A DNA stretch of 64,000 nucleotides, from contig DASZRG010000033.1 of the NCBI GenBank assembly GCA_035549295.1, positions 2,304-66,303 of the forward strand. The letters are read 5' to 3'. A program made the translations under genes and the position numbers. The notes under the pieces are model-generated. The model was given only the letters and a program-made list of their open reading frames with translations, searched no databases and was not told the DNA's origin. Shown here one piece after another: positions 19,649-29,996 of this stretch (positions are counted from its first letter, which is position 1; each line of letters begins with the position of its first letter). Source of the DNA: Patescibacteria group bacterium. GTDB taxonomy: Bacteria; Patescibacteriota; Microgenomatia; Levybacterales; GWA1-39-11.

Positions 19649-20974
19649 ATGTTGCAAGAGTTGGCGTTAAAAGAGGCTGTTCGAAATAATGAAAAAAGTA
19701 AGGGCCCCCACACCTCACCCAATCCAGAACATTACCCCAATGGCTATCTGTGGGACTCAAACTTTGCCGCAATAGTCTATGCAGAACTTGGTGAGCCAGA
19801 CCGCGGTGCGCAAGAAGTTGAAACCGTTCTTTCATGGCAAAATAAAAAAAGTGGTTTTATACCAAATATGAAACTCGGATACGGTCGCAATCTAGATATT
19901 GAAAAATATACGTTCACCAATCCAGGACATGAAAGCAATTACTCACAGCCTCCATTTCATGCAAGAGCCGCTATGACAGTGTATAAATCGTATGTTGAAA
20001 GTGGACAAAAAACTAAAGGTGAAAGATTTTTAAAAGATAATTATGAGTCACTCGCTCTGGCATATAAATATTTTATTGACGGGCGGCAAAACTCTGAAAG
20101 CGACCCTTTGATAGGAATTATTCATCCACATGAGACAGGCCGCGACTCAGACCCTACTTTTGACTTTATTAAAAAACGCTTGCCGACAATGCCTGGCAAG
20201 ACTCCAAAAGTAATAAGTCTTGCAAATACGGTCTTTGACTATGGAAGCGCTCTCAAACTAAATGTTGACCTCATGAAAGTTAATTGGAATATAAAGCGTA
20301 TTCGCGAAGAAGGAATTTTTTGGGTCAATGATGTCATGTTCAATGTAGCTTATGCTGAAAACCTAAGGTATATGAGTGAAATCGCCGAGATTGTAGGGAA
20401 TAAAGGTGGCGTAGAATTCTTTGGTCAAAAAGCAGATGATGTTGCGCAAAAGATAATTGGCGAAATGTGGGACGAAAAAAATCAAATGTTTTATGCAACA
20501 GATATAGATGGTGCGCCAATCAAGAAAATTTCGATTTCAAACATAACGCCCATTATGCTTCCTGGTATAAAAAATGAACAACTCTCAAGGATTTTGGATC
20601 TCTTAGATAACAAGGACTGGTTCAATACACCATATCCCATACCATCTGTTCCAGCTAAAAGTCCTAACTTTGACCCACACTATGATGAGAAAAGACTCTG
20701 GCGCGGACCGGTCTGGATGAATACCAACTGGATGATAGTCGAAGCACTTTTTATGCAGGCTGAGAAACCGGGTGTCAAAGGAACAAAACTTGCGGAAAGA
20801 TGTATGAATCGAGCATTTGAAATATGCGAAAAGTCTATAGAGCTTGCAAAAGAACACGGATTCTGGGAATTTTATGATGCAATAAATGGTCAGGGACTTC
20901 GTATCAATCACTTTACCTGGTCAACCCTGGCGGGAGTTATTGAAAAACGATATTTGGAGAAGAAAACCGCCTGA
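19649..20974 (+). CDS. GH63/MGH1-like (alpha/alpha)6 glycoside hydrolase
   Basis: LWDS, SQPP, HETGRD, WRGPVWMNTNW and FWEFYD motifs; ATG after TGCTATAAT. Confidence 0.8.
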   Translation: MLQELALKEAVRNNEKSKGPHTSPNPEHYPNGYLWDSNFAAIVYAELGEPDRGAQEVETVLSWQNKKSGFIPNMKLGYGRNLDIEKYTFTNPGHESNYSQPPFHARAAMTVYKSYVESGQKTKGERFLKDNYESLALAYKYFIDGRQNSESDPLIGIIHPHETGRDSDPTFDFIKKRLPTMPGKTPKVISLANTVFDYGSALKLNVDLMKVNWNIKRIREEGIFWVNDVMFNVAYAENLRYMSEIAEIVGNKGGVEFFGQKADDVAQKIIGEMWDEKNQMFYATDIDGAPIKKISISNITPIMLPGIKNEQLSRILDLLDNKDWFNTPYPIPSVPAKSPNFDPHYDEKRLWRGPVWMNTNWMIVEALFMQAEKPGVKGTKLAERCMNRAFEICEKSIELAKEHGFWEFYDAINGQGLRINHFTWSTLAGVIEKRYLEKKTA

Positions 20975-21110
20975 GTACTAACAATTGACGATTGACCACT
21001 GACAATTGACCGCTTAATTTCCAATTACCAAATGACAGTCTCCAGTTAATTTATTAATTGATCAATTTTAAAATTAATTGGGAGCTGGAACATGCAACTG
21101 GAAATTTTCT

Positions 21111-21140
21111 CGTGATACCCGTGGTACCCATGATACCCTT
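21111..21140. repeat. 9-bp tandem repeat (YNTGATACY)
   Basis: CGTGATACC CGTGGTACC CATGATACC; same family at 31474 and 33390. Confidence 0.7.
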
Positions 21141-21879
21141 ATGATGACTTGGGTTTGGCGAAGACTAATGTACGTTTCCAGTCCGTGCCAGGCGGCCAGC
21201 AGGTTTGAAGTATCACGCGTTCTCCTTTTCCAAGCGCAGGGTCAATATATGAGACGTCCGAACTATCGACAAGCTTTGTGTCGTAGACAGTATAGTCATA
21301 TCGTTTACCTTTGAAAAATAGATATACATCATCTCCTGGCACCATATCTTTAAGAAGATAAAAAACAGCATTGTAACGCCCTATATCCCAAAAATTGTCT
21401 GCAGAATGGGCAAAAAGATATGTAGTACCGTTCACTCCAGGATATGCTGTGCCCTTGGCATGTGCAATACTGTGAAGCAGCACTCTCAAGTATTCTTCTT
21501 TGTTGGATGGATCAACATTGGCCGTAATTGCCTCAGCCGCACCGATCTTTGGGACAACTATGGAGAAGTCTGTATTTGGCGGAATTAGGATCTTTTCAGT
21601 ATTGTTGGCCACGATATCCGATAGACTTGGACCGTTTTGTGAAAGCGAAGTGTTTCTGTACTTGTCTGCAAGTCGTCCAAGAGCTGTCTCCTGAGGCACA
21701 ACTGGCTTGTTAACCTCTGGCGCAAGGACATACTTTACGCCCCTAACTTTCGACAACTGATATGAGGCTTCGTAATATGCAGATGGCCCAAATGTCGCGA
21801 ATAAACCAAAAATTGAGAAAAGAATAAGAAAATTACTGATGGTCCGAAGTATAAGAAAATTGATAAATTCTCGTCTCAC
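21139..21879 (-). CDS. sortase
   Basis: FAHS, ILQTCWP and downstream catalytic Arg. Confidence 0.88.
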   Translation of the reverse strand: MRREFINFLILRTISNFLILFSIFGLFATFGPSAYYEASYQLSKVRGVKYVLAPEVNKPVVPQETALGRLADKYRNTSLSQNGPSLSDIVANNTEKILIPPNTDFSIVVPKIGAAEAITANVDPSNKEEYLRVLLHSIAHAKGTAYPGVNGTTYLFAHSADNFWDIGRYNAVFYLLKDMVPGDDVYLFFKGKRYDYTVYDTKLVDSSDVSYIDPALGKGERVILQTCWPPGTDWKRTLVFAKPKSS

Positions 21880-21949
21880 TATAAATTTATTATATCCTTT
21901 TTGTGCACCTTTTGAAAAAAATAGCCAGTTGATATAGAATGATTGTGTT

Positions 21950-22621
21950 ATGCCAAGTTTTGGACCTGATCAGATTGAAGCAATGGACAAAAGAAGGACA
22001 CGCCGCAACTTCTTAGGCACAACAATAGCAGGCGGTGCAGCGGCGGCAATCGTAGCGGCTTTCGAATTAAAAAGCAGCAAAAAGAAAATTGTTGCCCAAT
22101 CAACAATTCAGACCCCAACACCCTCGACTGAAACAGGATTGCAGCGAGTGGTTGCGCACAGTCAACCCGAAAACGCAAGTGCCGCTGAAGCTCTCACTCC
22201 AACAATGTTTATTCCCGGCGAAACAAAAATGTCTATGGCAGCAGGCCCAGATGATCTGAAATTCAGACAAGGCATTACACTACAATCTCCTGCGTTTCCA
22301 TACAAATCCTCTATCAATAGCATAAATGGTGCTGATGTATATGGTTCAGCTTGGATAAGCATATTCAATGCAGAGGTTGTAAAAGCCGATGGAAAAGTAT
22401 ATATCAAAATTCCAAAGGTCGACACCGTCATAGGGAGAAACTCTGATGGAACTCCACACTACGATACGCAAAGGAATCTTTTTGTTGAAATTAATAATGA
22501 CACATTAGAAAGCGGACAATTAAAACCTGCAGGCATGCCTATACCTATCGACAAACAAAACGGTATTACGGTTCCTCCTAAAAATGGCCATGCTTTCAGC
22601 GAAATAAAAGCTCTACAGTAG
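21950..22621 (+). CDS. hypothetical protein with twin-arginine-like N-terminus
   Basis: TRRNFL followed by a hydrophobic stretch. Confidence 0.7.
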   Translation: MPSFGPDQIEAMDKRRTRRNFLGTTIAGGAAAAIVAAFELKSSKKKIVAQSTIQTPTPSTETGLQRVVAHSQPENASAAEALTPTMFIPGETKMSMAAGPDDLKFRQGITLQSPAFPYKSSINSINGADVYGSAWISIFNAEVVKADGKVYIKIPKVDTVIGRNSDGTPHYDTQRNLFVEINNDTLESGQLKPAGMPIPIDKQNGITVPPKNGHAFSEIKALQ

Positions 22622-22629
22622 ACCTCTCT

Positions 22630-23172
22630 CTATTTCTTTTTTATCTGGAGCATCATAAGGATGATGAGTGCGAATGCGGTAAATGACATAAGGGGAATTG
22701 TGATGTATCCAAACGACGCAACTTGCTTCAGAGCACAGTTTGCAACCTCATCAGAACATGGTAATGGAATCGGGGACATCTGAAGTATGTAGTGGTAAGT
22801 CGCAATAACAATTCCAACTATTGAAAGTGGTAAAACGTAACGCTTGATACCCCAATCATTTTTAAGATTGGCTATTCCAAGTAGTAGAACTTGCGGGTAC
22901 ATACAGATCCTCTGATACCAACATAGTTTGCAAGGAACAAAATGTGCAATTTCAGAGAAAAAGAGCGATCCGGACATCGCAAAAAGGGCTATAAAAAATG
23001 AAAAAATTAAAGCATTGTCTGAAAATAATTGAACAATATTATTCATCGTTTTGTTCTTTTTATTCAATTTTCTGAGGAAAAGTAGAATTGCAAAAAAAAC
23101 GATAAAAATTTGTGCGATCAGTACTAAATCGGCAATGGCAGAAACAACAATACGTGCGCTTGCGTGATCCAT
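22630..23172 (-). CDS. dsbB: disulfide bond formation protein B (BdbC-like)
   Basis: PCKLCWYQR motif and TM helices. Confidence 0.9.
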   Translation of the reverse strand: MDHASARIVVSAIADLVLIAQIFIVFFAILLFLRKLNKKNKTMNNIVQLFSDNALIFSFFIALFAMSGSLFFSEIAHFVPCKLCWYQRICMYPQVLLLGIANLKNDWGIKRYVLPLSIVGIVIATYHYILQMSPIPLPCSDEVANCALKQVASFGYITIPLMSFTAFALIILMMLQIKKK

Positions 23173-23906
23173 TATTTATACTTTGCGGTAATTTCTGCGG
23201 CGATTACTTTCTTGAAATCTTCATAATTTGACGGAAGAGGTGACATCGGAACATTGTCGACAAAGAATGTTGGAGTACCTGAGACCCCCACGACTCCACC
23301 CTCGTCCATAGTCTGACTAATTTTCTTAGATGTATCTGAACTATCGATATCTATATTAAGCTTGTCAGTGCTCATACCAAGAGCTTTTGCTGCTGCAACC
23401 ATTTTTGCGCGGGCATCAGTTGCTGCAAGATCTGCCCATGAATCCTGATTGTCATACAGCCAATCATGCATTTGCCAGAATTTTCCTTGATCGCCAGCGG
23501 CAACTGCTACTTTTGCTGCGAGTTCTGCATTTGGGTGGACTGTCGTGAGCGGAAAATTCTTATAAAGAAGCTTCATTTTTCCATTAAATTCTTGTGATGC
23601 TTGTCTAACAAGTGGCTCATACGCCTTACATGCAGGACATTGAAGATCACCAAATTCAACCAAGGTAACTTTGGCATTCTGATCACCTCTAACATATCCA
23701 GCACTACTGAGAACAATTGGCTTGTCTTTTTCTTTCTTGATGGAGAATATGATAAACCCGAAGAAGGCTACAAAAATAAGAACACCGAGTGAGATAATAA
23801 TCCATTTCGCAGCTCCACTGCCACCTCCGGACTGACTTTTGGCCTCTTGCTTCTCGAGTCTTCGAAGCTCTTTTATCTCTTTCTTGGTCATCTTATTATC
23901 ATCCAT
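23172..23906 (-). CDS. dsbA: DsbA-family thioredoxin-fold oxidoreductase
   Basis: EFGDLQCPAC and GTPTFF motifs; adjacent to dsbB. Confidence 0.88.
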   Translation of the reverse strand: MDDNKMTKKEIKELRRLEKQEAKSQSGGGSGAAKWIIISLGVLIFVAFFGFIIFSIKKEKDKPIVLSSAGYVRGDQNAKVTLVEFGDLQCPACKAYEPLVRQASQEFNGKMKLLYKNFPLTTVHPNAELAAKVAVAAGDQGKFWQMHDWLYDNQDSWADLAATDARAKMVAAAKALGMSTDKLNIDIDSSDTSKKISQTMDEGGVVGVSGTPTFFVDNVPMSPLPSNYEDFKKVIAAEITAKYK

Positions 23907-23941
23907 GGAGTATATGATAGGAGATATGTGAAAGTTAGTCA

Positions 23942-23960
23942 ACCCCGATTTAATCGGGGT
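23942..23960. repeat. CCCGAT-ATCGGG palindrome
   Basis: ACCCCGATT-T-AATCGGGGT; relative GTCCCGAT-CTT-ATCGGGAC at 41978-41996. Confidence 0.6.
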
Positions 23961-23994
23961 CTGTGACTTGCGATAATGATATAATTACCCGAGT

Positions 23995-24068
23995 GTCCCC
24001 GTAGCTCAATTGGATTGAGCAGGCCCGTCCTAAGGGCAAGATTGGAGGTTCAAGTCCTCTCGGGGACG
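23995..24068 (+). tRNA. tRNA-Arg(CCT)
   Basis: Acceptor stem GTCCCCG/CGGGGAC, anticodon loop GTCCTAA, T-loop GGTTCAAGTCC. Confidence 0.9.
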
Positions 24069-24070
24069 CA

Positions 24071-24142
24071 CGGGGTGTAGGTCATCGGTAGACCGCGCGA
24101 TTCGGGTTCGCGAGGCAGGGAGTCCAATTCTCCCCACCCCGA
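24071..24142 (+). tRNA. tRNA-Pro(CGG)
   Basis: Acceptor stem CGGGGTG/CACCCCG, anticodon arm CGCGA-TTCGGGT-TCGCG; atypical T-loop TCCAATT. Confidence 0.85.
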
Positions 24143-24146
24143 CATT

Positions 24147-24800
24147 TTATAAGTTTTCCTCGATCAACTTTAGGGTTTTTTCATCTTCTAAAATTCTAGT
24201 GTGGCCTACGACATCAACGCGAATATTTTTTGCACCTCTTAAGTACGAATGTGAGGAAGGCAAGATATGAAGATCGTATTTGGAATAGACATTTGTTATT
24301 TTTGAATTATTTTTACTCTTTCTATTAACCTCTTTTAATACTCTTGAGTCATACGACAACTCGCGCAGCGAAAATGTGGGCCAATATCCCCAGATCGTCC
24401 CCTTGTATGGCACGCTAATGCTAATGACCCTTTTAACTTTTGATGTCCTATCAAGTAAAAGTTTTGCAATAATCCCGCCCTTACTGTGCGATATTAATGT
24501 GACATTCCTCAACTTGTGACTTTCTACATATTCTTCAATCAACTCTACACTTTTATCGATTGGTAACATGCCGTGTCCAAGACTCACGGGAAAATGAATC
24601 TTGTAACCTTTTTCATTTAGAAAATTCCCAATGACAGAAAGAAAATTCCAACCTTCTGCAAAACCTGGAATGATAATTATGTTTTCTTTTTTTCCGTTAG
24701 ACCAATAATTTGGCACTGAAGGCGTGATGAGACCTTCGACTTGTCTTATTATAATAAGAGCACATTCCGCAATAAATCCGGTGAAAATTTTGACGAGCAT
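24147..24800 (-). CDS. alpha/beta hydrolase (lipase-like)
   Basis: IPGF oxyanion motif, SHSKGG nucleophile elbow, terminal GH. Confidence 0.85.
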   Translation of the reverse strand: MLVKIFTGFIAECALIIIRQVEGLITPSVPNYWSNGKKENIIIIPGFAEGWNFLSVIGNFLNEKGYKIHFPVSLGHGMLPIDKSVELIEEYVESHKLRNVTLISHSKGGIIAKLLLDRTSKVKRVISISVPYKGTIWGYWPTFSLRELSYDSRVLKEVNRKSKNNSKITNVYSKYDLHILPSSHSYLRGAKNIRVDVVGHTRILEDEKTLKLIEENL

Positions 24801-24866
24801 ACGCTATTTTAACATCTTACATTTTTCACGTTGACAAGATAATTTTTTCCTGATAATGTATTTATA

Positions 24867-25088
24867 ATGCCCAAAAAGAAGTCCGCTCCAAAAAAAGTCG
24901 CAAGGAAATCTGCTCCAAAAAAAGTAGCAAGAAGTAGCTCTACAAAGCGAGCAAATAACAGTAGAACATTTTCATTCTGGATTGGTGTTATAACAATTGT
25001 GGTAATTGGAATTCTAGTACTCGCCTACTCACAAGGTAACAATTATAAAAACGCCATCAGCTCCTACACCGGCGCTTCGCAGCAATAG
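24867..25088 (+). CDS. small Lys-rich membrane protein
   Basis: SAPKKVAR twice, followed by a TM helix. Confidence 0.65.
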   Translation: MPKKKSAPKKVARKSAPKKVARSSSTKRANNSRTFSFWIGVITIVVIGILVLAYSQGNNYKNAISSYTGASQQ

Positions 25089-25167
25089 TAATTAGTTACT
25101 AGAAATCCCCACAGAATAATTAATCTTTAAGATATGGTCAAGAGTGTTTTACCATGGCAGGGTTTTT

Positions 25168-25236
25168 ACCATGGCAGGGTTTGACCTTGCCAAGATTAGC
25201 TTCAAAACTGGTGTTTGGCAGGGTTTGACCTTGCCA
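25168..25236. repeat. 69-bp direct repeat (left) with two GGCAGGGTTTGACCTTGCCA hairpins
   Basis: Identical to 25954-26022. Confidence 0.95.
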
Positions 25237-25273
25237 TATTGACAGTAAATACTACTACTCGTATTGTAAGAGT

Positions 25274-25954
25274 GTGCCTGCAAAAAATAGAATTAAACCT
25301 TATATTGAAAATGGTTATTACCACATCTATAACCGCGGGGTAAACAAAAGACTTATTTTCAAAGACAAAAAGGACTGCATCGTTTTTCAAAGATTCCTAA
25401 AGCAATATCTATCTCCGAAAGATGATTTAAAAGAATTTATGAGACCGGGTGAGCGCTTGGATCGACTCATGAAGACGAATATGCATGGAGAGCTTGAGAT
25501 TCTGGCTTTTGCTCTAATGCCAAATCATTTCCATCTCTTAGTACGCCAAAAGAAACCAGAAGCTATCATAAAATTCATGAGACGTCTATGTACTTCCTAC
25601 TCTATGTATATAAATAGAAAATATCAACGAGTTGGACATTTATTCCAAGATGCATATAAAGGTGTTTTAGTTTTAGATGATCAATATCTGCTTCACTTAT
25701 CTAGATATATACATCTCAATCCAGATGCTCTAGACTCTGGCATGATAAATTTTAGAGAGTTCAATAGTTATCCATACTACTTGGGTGAACAATCAGCGAA
25801 ATGGGTTAACACAAAATACATTCTTAAGTATTTTAGAAATGAAAAAGTTGGTAACCACAATGGTTCATATGAAAATTTTATTGAAGACTATCGTAAATCC
25901 TCTACAAAAAACTTTCTTATTGGTTTAGCTCTTGATGATGACGACGTCGTTTGA
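25274..25954 (+). mobile_element. REP-associated tyrosine (Y1/HUH) transposase, RAYT-like
   Basis: YYHIYNRG, LMPNHFHLL (HUH), GHLFQ and YIHLNP motifs. TTGACA-17-TATTGT promoter before the GTG start. Confidence 0.9.
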
Positions 25955-26022
25955 CCATGGCAGGGTTTGACCTTGCCAAGATTAGCTTCAAAACTGGTGT
26001 TTGGCAGGGTTTGACCTTGCCA
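25954..26022. repeat. 69-bp direct repeat (right)
   Basis: Identical to 25168-25236. Confidence 0.95.
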
Positions 26023-26029
26023 GAAAGAG

Positions 26030-27055
26030 TTATTGGTCTGGGTCGTCATGGCCTTCGGGGTATTTGGGGATGGCGCGGCGCTCGTCGTCTTCTGGTTCTC
26101 GATTAGAAAAGCCCATGGACAATCCCAGAATGTGCGGTACTTTTGTCCATCCAACTTCCGGTAGTCCATTTACTGTCTCGTAGGGTTTTGAAACATCTAG
26201 AGCATCATCAAACTCTTGTCGACTAACTCGAATAGGTACAACAATTTTTTTAACGACTTCTCGCTCGAGATCTGTTTGCAATATCGTGAGCGCCAAACCT
26301 CTTTCTTCGATTTGTTGGACCCACCACTCAATATTATATTTAAATGGGGAAGACATATTCTCTGCCACCATCCATGCTCTATAGTTTTCGGGATGACTCA
26401 ACATAACAGGGTTACTTAAAAAACTATACTTATGTCCACTATCCGCAAAATTCCAGTGTTCGGCAGATTGACCACCATTTCCATCTCTTGCAATCGTAAA
26501 CGTAAAATCTTCTGCTTCACTGTCTATTGGTGAGAACATTCCTCCTAGAATTATTTCATCGAGCACAATATCTTGACGTTTTCTGTCGTAACTGTATGTT
26601 GCTTTTAAAAGATCTGGAAGAGTCTCGTCTGCTTCGACGGCATCATAAGGATCTGGAAGAGTCTCGTCTGCTTCGACTGTATCAAGTGATTTGTGGAAAT
26701 CGACAGATAAAACTTTTTCTCCCGGTTTTAACTTATACATTGAGTTGTAGTGACCCCTTTTTACTTCTAGAGTAAATGTTTTACTTTTTACTAGAGCTTC
26801 GTCGACATGAAATGTAAACGAATTCAAATATAAAGAGCTAATTTTATTACCCGTATCTAGATCGTGAAATCTCTCAAGGTATGTCTCTATGTCAAATGGT
26901 GGCGCCAGCCGCGGCGTATAAATACTTATAAAACCGGCCCTGATATTCATTGGGCGACCAGGTGTAAACTGTTGACTTTCATCTAAAGTGATTCCCCAAC
27001 TTTTAGGAATAATTGGTTGCCCGTCACGACTTGTTCCATTTTCAGCATATGACAT
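26030..27055 (-). CDS. hypothetical protein with internal duplication
   Basis: ATG 27055 after TGGTATAAT; VEADETLPD twice. Confidence 0.75.
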   Translation of the reverse strand: MSYAENGTSRDGQPIIPKSWGITLDESQQFTPGRPMNIRAGFISIYTPRLAPPFDIETYLERFHDLDTGNKISSLYLNSFTFHVDEALVKSKTFTLEVKRGHYNSMYKLKPGEKVLSVDFHKSLDTVEADETLPDPYDAVEADETLPDLLKATYSYDRKRQDIVLDEIILGGMFSPIDSEAEDFTFTIARDGNGGQSAEHWNFADSGHKYSFLSNPVMLSHPENYRAWMVAENMSSPFKYNIEWWVQQIEERGLALTILQTDLEREVVKKIVVPIRVSRQEFDDALDVSKPYETVNGLPEVGWTKVPHILGLSMGFSNREPEDDERRAIPKYPEGHDDPDQ

Positions 27056-27098
27056 ATTATGGGATATTATACCACGAAAATAAGAAAATGAGGGGGGA

Positions 27099-27671
27099 CT
27101 AGATGTTCTCGTCGGAGCGTTTGTAAGAGTGGATTTCCGAAGGTTCGAACCAAAGCATTTTTTCAAAGTTAGCTTCTTCAACCGAAGCTGAAATATGGAC
27201 GAGATTCATAACACCACGACGCTCATCATTGGCATATGCTGCTGAGTCGGTTGAGAAATCACCGCGAATTGTACCAGCTGGCGCTGCGACTGGCATAGTT
27301 GGACCTGCCATATTTACGACATTTTCCACTGCGTGTCGACCTTCAAGAATCATAGCTAGAATTGGTCCTGACTGGACATAGTCAAATAGCCATTTGTTAA
27401 CGAGTTTTCCAAGCTCAAGCGGGTCATCTGTTCCAAATTCTTTGATGGGATCTTTACCGTATTTTGTGTAGGTTGAGAGAGTCTTCTCCCCCCAGCGCTT
27501 AAGGGTTGCTTCCTTGTCTGATTGGTAGTGCTTGAGAAGTCTCTCTTCATCTGGCGCTACCATTTTCATTGCAACAATTTTGAGTCCCATTCGCTCAAAA
27601 CGATGTAAAATCTCACCAATTATTCCGCGCTTGACGCCGTCTGGCTTAATGAGAACTAACGTTTGTTCCAT
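27099..27671 (-). CDS. ndk: nucleoside diphosphate kinase
   Basis: TLVLIKPDGV, GTIRGDF and NLVHIS motifs. Confidence 0.95.
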   Translation of the reverse strand: MEQTLVLIKPDGVKRGIIGEILHRFERMGLKIVAMKMVAPDEERLLKHYQSDKEATLKRWGEKTLSTYTKYGKDPIKEFGTDDPLELGKLVNKWLFDYVQSGPILAMILEGRHAVENVVNMAGPTMPVAAPAGTIRGDFSTDSAAYANDERRGVMNLVHISASVEEANFEKMLWFEPSEIHSYKRSDENI

Positions 27672-27923
27672 TCAGATATTATAAGAATTTCGCAGATGTT
27701 TTACAAGGAGTGATTGGGATATGAGTATACAGTATTGAGTATCGAGTATTGAGTTAACAGGATAAAGGGTTTGCGAGTTAATGCGGAATACCACCCTCAT
27801 CCCAGCTTTCACCTCTCGAGGGAGAAGGAAGAATATTTCTTGTGGATTACTATGAATTGGGAAAGAGAAATCAAGGTTTTAGACTATTACAGAAAACTAG
27901 GAGCTAACGAGTTTGATTCTCTA

Positions 27924-29192
27924 CTATTTCAGGAGGTCTTGGAAGTGGGATTCGTCTTTGAAGTCTCCTATTATTGCGAGGTTCAGTGGACCTGAAAGAT
28001 ATTTTTTCGCAACTCGCAATACATCCGCATGCGTTACATCATCTATCTTTTTTACTGCCTCATCTGGCGATTCGAGCTTTTTCTCAAGCAGAAGATCTGA
28101 CCCAAAGAAAATAGAGACTGACCTCGTGTCTTCAAGATCTAAAACAAAATGCCCCTTCACAAACTCTTTTGCTTTCTTGACTTCATTAGTCGTTATTTCT
28201 CCATCCTTTTGGACCTTTTGGTACTCTTCGACAACGATCTTTATAGCATCATCTATTCGCTTTGGATCAGCACCGACATACGTCGTCAGATGACCACAGT
28301 CTAGATAATTCTCAGAAGACGTCCTAACATAGTATGCAAGACCGCGCTTCTCTCGAACCTCATGGAAAAGGCGACTGGACATACCGCCACCTAATATTGC
28401 AGACAAAATATTGAGCGGATATCGATCCTCCTCAACAACTGACCCTACAGTTCTCACACCGAGCGCAAAATGAGCTTGATCTGTCTTTTTGTGCTGGATT
28501 TTAACTGCATTTTCAAGCTGACCTTCTATAACAGATAAGAATCCTTCGGTTGTGAAAGACGAAAGTCCGCCGAAATATTTCTCAGCAAGTTTCCCAATAG
28601 CCTTAACATCTACTTTTCCGGCGATAACGAGAACCATATTAGATGCTGAGTAGAATTTGTTCATGTAGTCGATAAAATCTGCTCGCTTGACTGTATTTAT
28701 GACTTCTTTCCGTCCACCTATTTCCCACCCCATCGGCGTATCGCCATACAAAAGCGCCTCATAAACATCACCTATTTTACGGGTCGGAGTATCTTCGTAT
28801 AGATTGATCTCTTCGTTTATAACTCCACGCTCGCGATCAATTTCATCCTGATCAAGCAGTAAATTAGAAATCATGTCAGAGAGAATATCGAGAGATAGCT
28901 CAACTCGATTGGCTGCAGACTTGATGTAGTAACCTGTGTAGTCTTTTCCTGTAAATGCGTTGCTTTCAGCACCTGCTCCATCTATGAGGGACGAAATTTC
29001 CATGGCTGTCTTGCGGTTTTTGGTGCCCTTAAATGCCATATGCTCAAGAAAATGAGAGATACCATTGTTCTCAAAAACTTCATATCGACTTCCCGCTCCA
29101 ACAAGCACCAAAGTAGTTGCCGACTCCATCTCCATAATAGGCGCAACAACAAGATTTAGGCCATTTTTTAGTTTTGAATGAAAGTACTTCAT
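27924..29192 (-). CDS. M16 family zinc peptidase
   Basis: HFLEH (HxxEH) and SSRLFHEVREKRGLAY. Confidence 0.93.
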   Translation of the reverse strand: MKYFHSKLKNGLNLVVAPIMEMESATTLVLVGAGSRYEVFENNGISHFLEHMAFKGTKNRKTAMEISSLIDGAGAESNAFTGKDYTGYYIKSAANRVELSLDILSDMISNLLLDQDEIDRERGVINEEINLYEDTPTRKIGDVYEALLYGDTPMGWEIGGRKEVINTVKRADFIDYMNKFYSASNMVLVIAGKVDVKAIGKLAEKYFGGLSSFTTEGFLSVIEGQLENAVKIQHKKTDQAHFALGVRTVGSVVEEDRYPLNILSAILGGGMSSRLFHEVREKRGLAYYVRTSSENYLDCGHLTTYVGADPKRIDDAIKIVVEEYQKVQKDGEITTNEVKKAKEFVKGHFVLDLEDTRSVSIFFGSDLLLEKKLESPDEAVKKIDDVTHADVLRVAKKYLSGPLNLAIIGDFKDESHFQDLLK

Positions 29193-29210
29193 ACAGATCC
29201 TTATTATAAA

Positions 29211-29900
29211 TTATTCTTGTGGGTTATTAAACACAACATCTGAATAAGATTCTAAAAAGTGATACATTGCGTTCGCACCATCTTTAATTTCGGGTTCAAA
29301 TTGAGTGAATTCATCCGCGAAATCATCGATCAACGGCTTTAGATGATATTGACCTGCGGTCGTAACACCCTTTGAGTTTCTAGCTCGTCCCAGAATGGAG
29401 TTACGGGAATCAGGTTTCACTCCAAATTCATTGAACGCATTATCTATTTCGGGCTGCGGAATCGCGCGTACACTATCAACAAAAGCTTCTTGATCTGGGG
29501 CTTGAATATGATATGCCTTAAGTACAAAAGACATACCGATAGTTGTTGCATTTTTTTTGTAGACACTATCGTGTCTTTCTGGAGGATAATTTCTATCTAA
29601 CCACTCATCAACACTTTCTAGAAAAACATTGTCACCTTCTGTGCTATAAAAAGCTCCAAATGTTTCCTCTGCTAAATTGGTTGCGTTTATCCACCAATAC
29701 TGTGCGTAATAAGAACCATACTCGTCATCTTCTCTTACTTGATCAATTATTCCCCACATATTCTCAACAGTATCTTTACTAATAAGTGGTGCTGATACTA
29801 AAGCTGATTCATCATCTGGAGAATAATCATTTCTCCATCTTGAATAAGCTGCTCTAGCATCAGGACTAATTCCTTGTAGGTCTTCTGACTCGTTTGCCAT
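29211..29900 (-). CDS. hypothetical acidic protein
   Basis: 229-aa ORF with -10 box 8 nt upstream. Confidence 0.75.
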   Translation of the reverse strand: MANESEDLQGISPDARAAYSRWRNDYSPDDESALVSAPLISKDTVENMWGIIDQVREDDEYGSYYAQYWWINATNLAEETFGAFYSTEGDNVFLESVDEWLDRNYPPERHDSVYKKNATTIGMSFVLKAYHIQAPDQEAFVDSVRAIPQPEIDNAFNEFGVKPDSRNSILGRARNSKGVTTAGQYHLKPLIDDFADEFTQFEPEIKDGANAMYHFLESYSDVVFNNPQE

Positions 29901-29996
29901 AGATGAGCATTTTATAACTTATAGGCTTATTTGGCAAGTTAATTATTCACTTTCGCAAAGATTCTTCGCGTACGCTCAGAATGACAGTCCCATTCT

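Noticed and set aside
25151-26022. Possible CRISPR array (repeat-spacer-repeat of GGCAGGGTTTGACCTTGCCA)
   Set aside because: Only two units per locus, identical linkers, no cas genes, and they flank a Y1 transposase.
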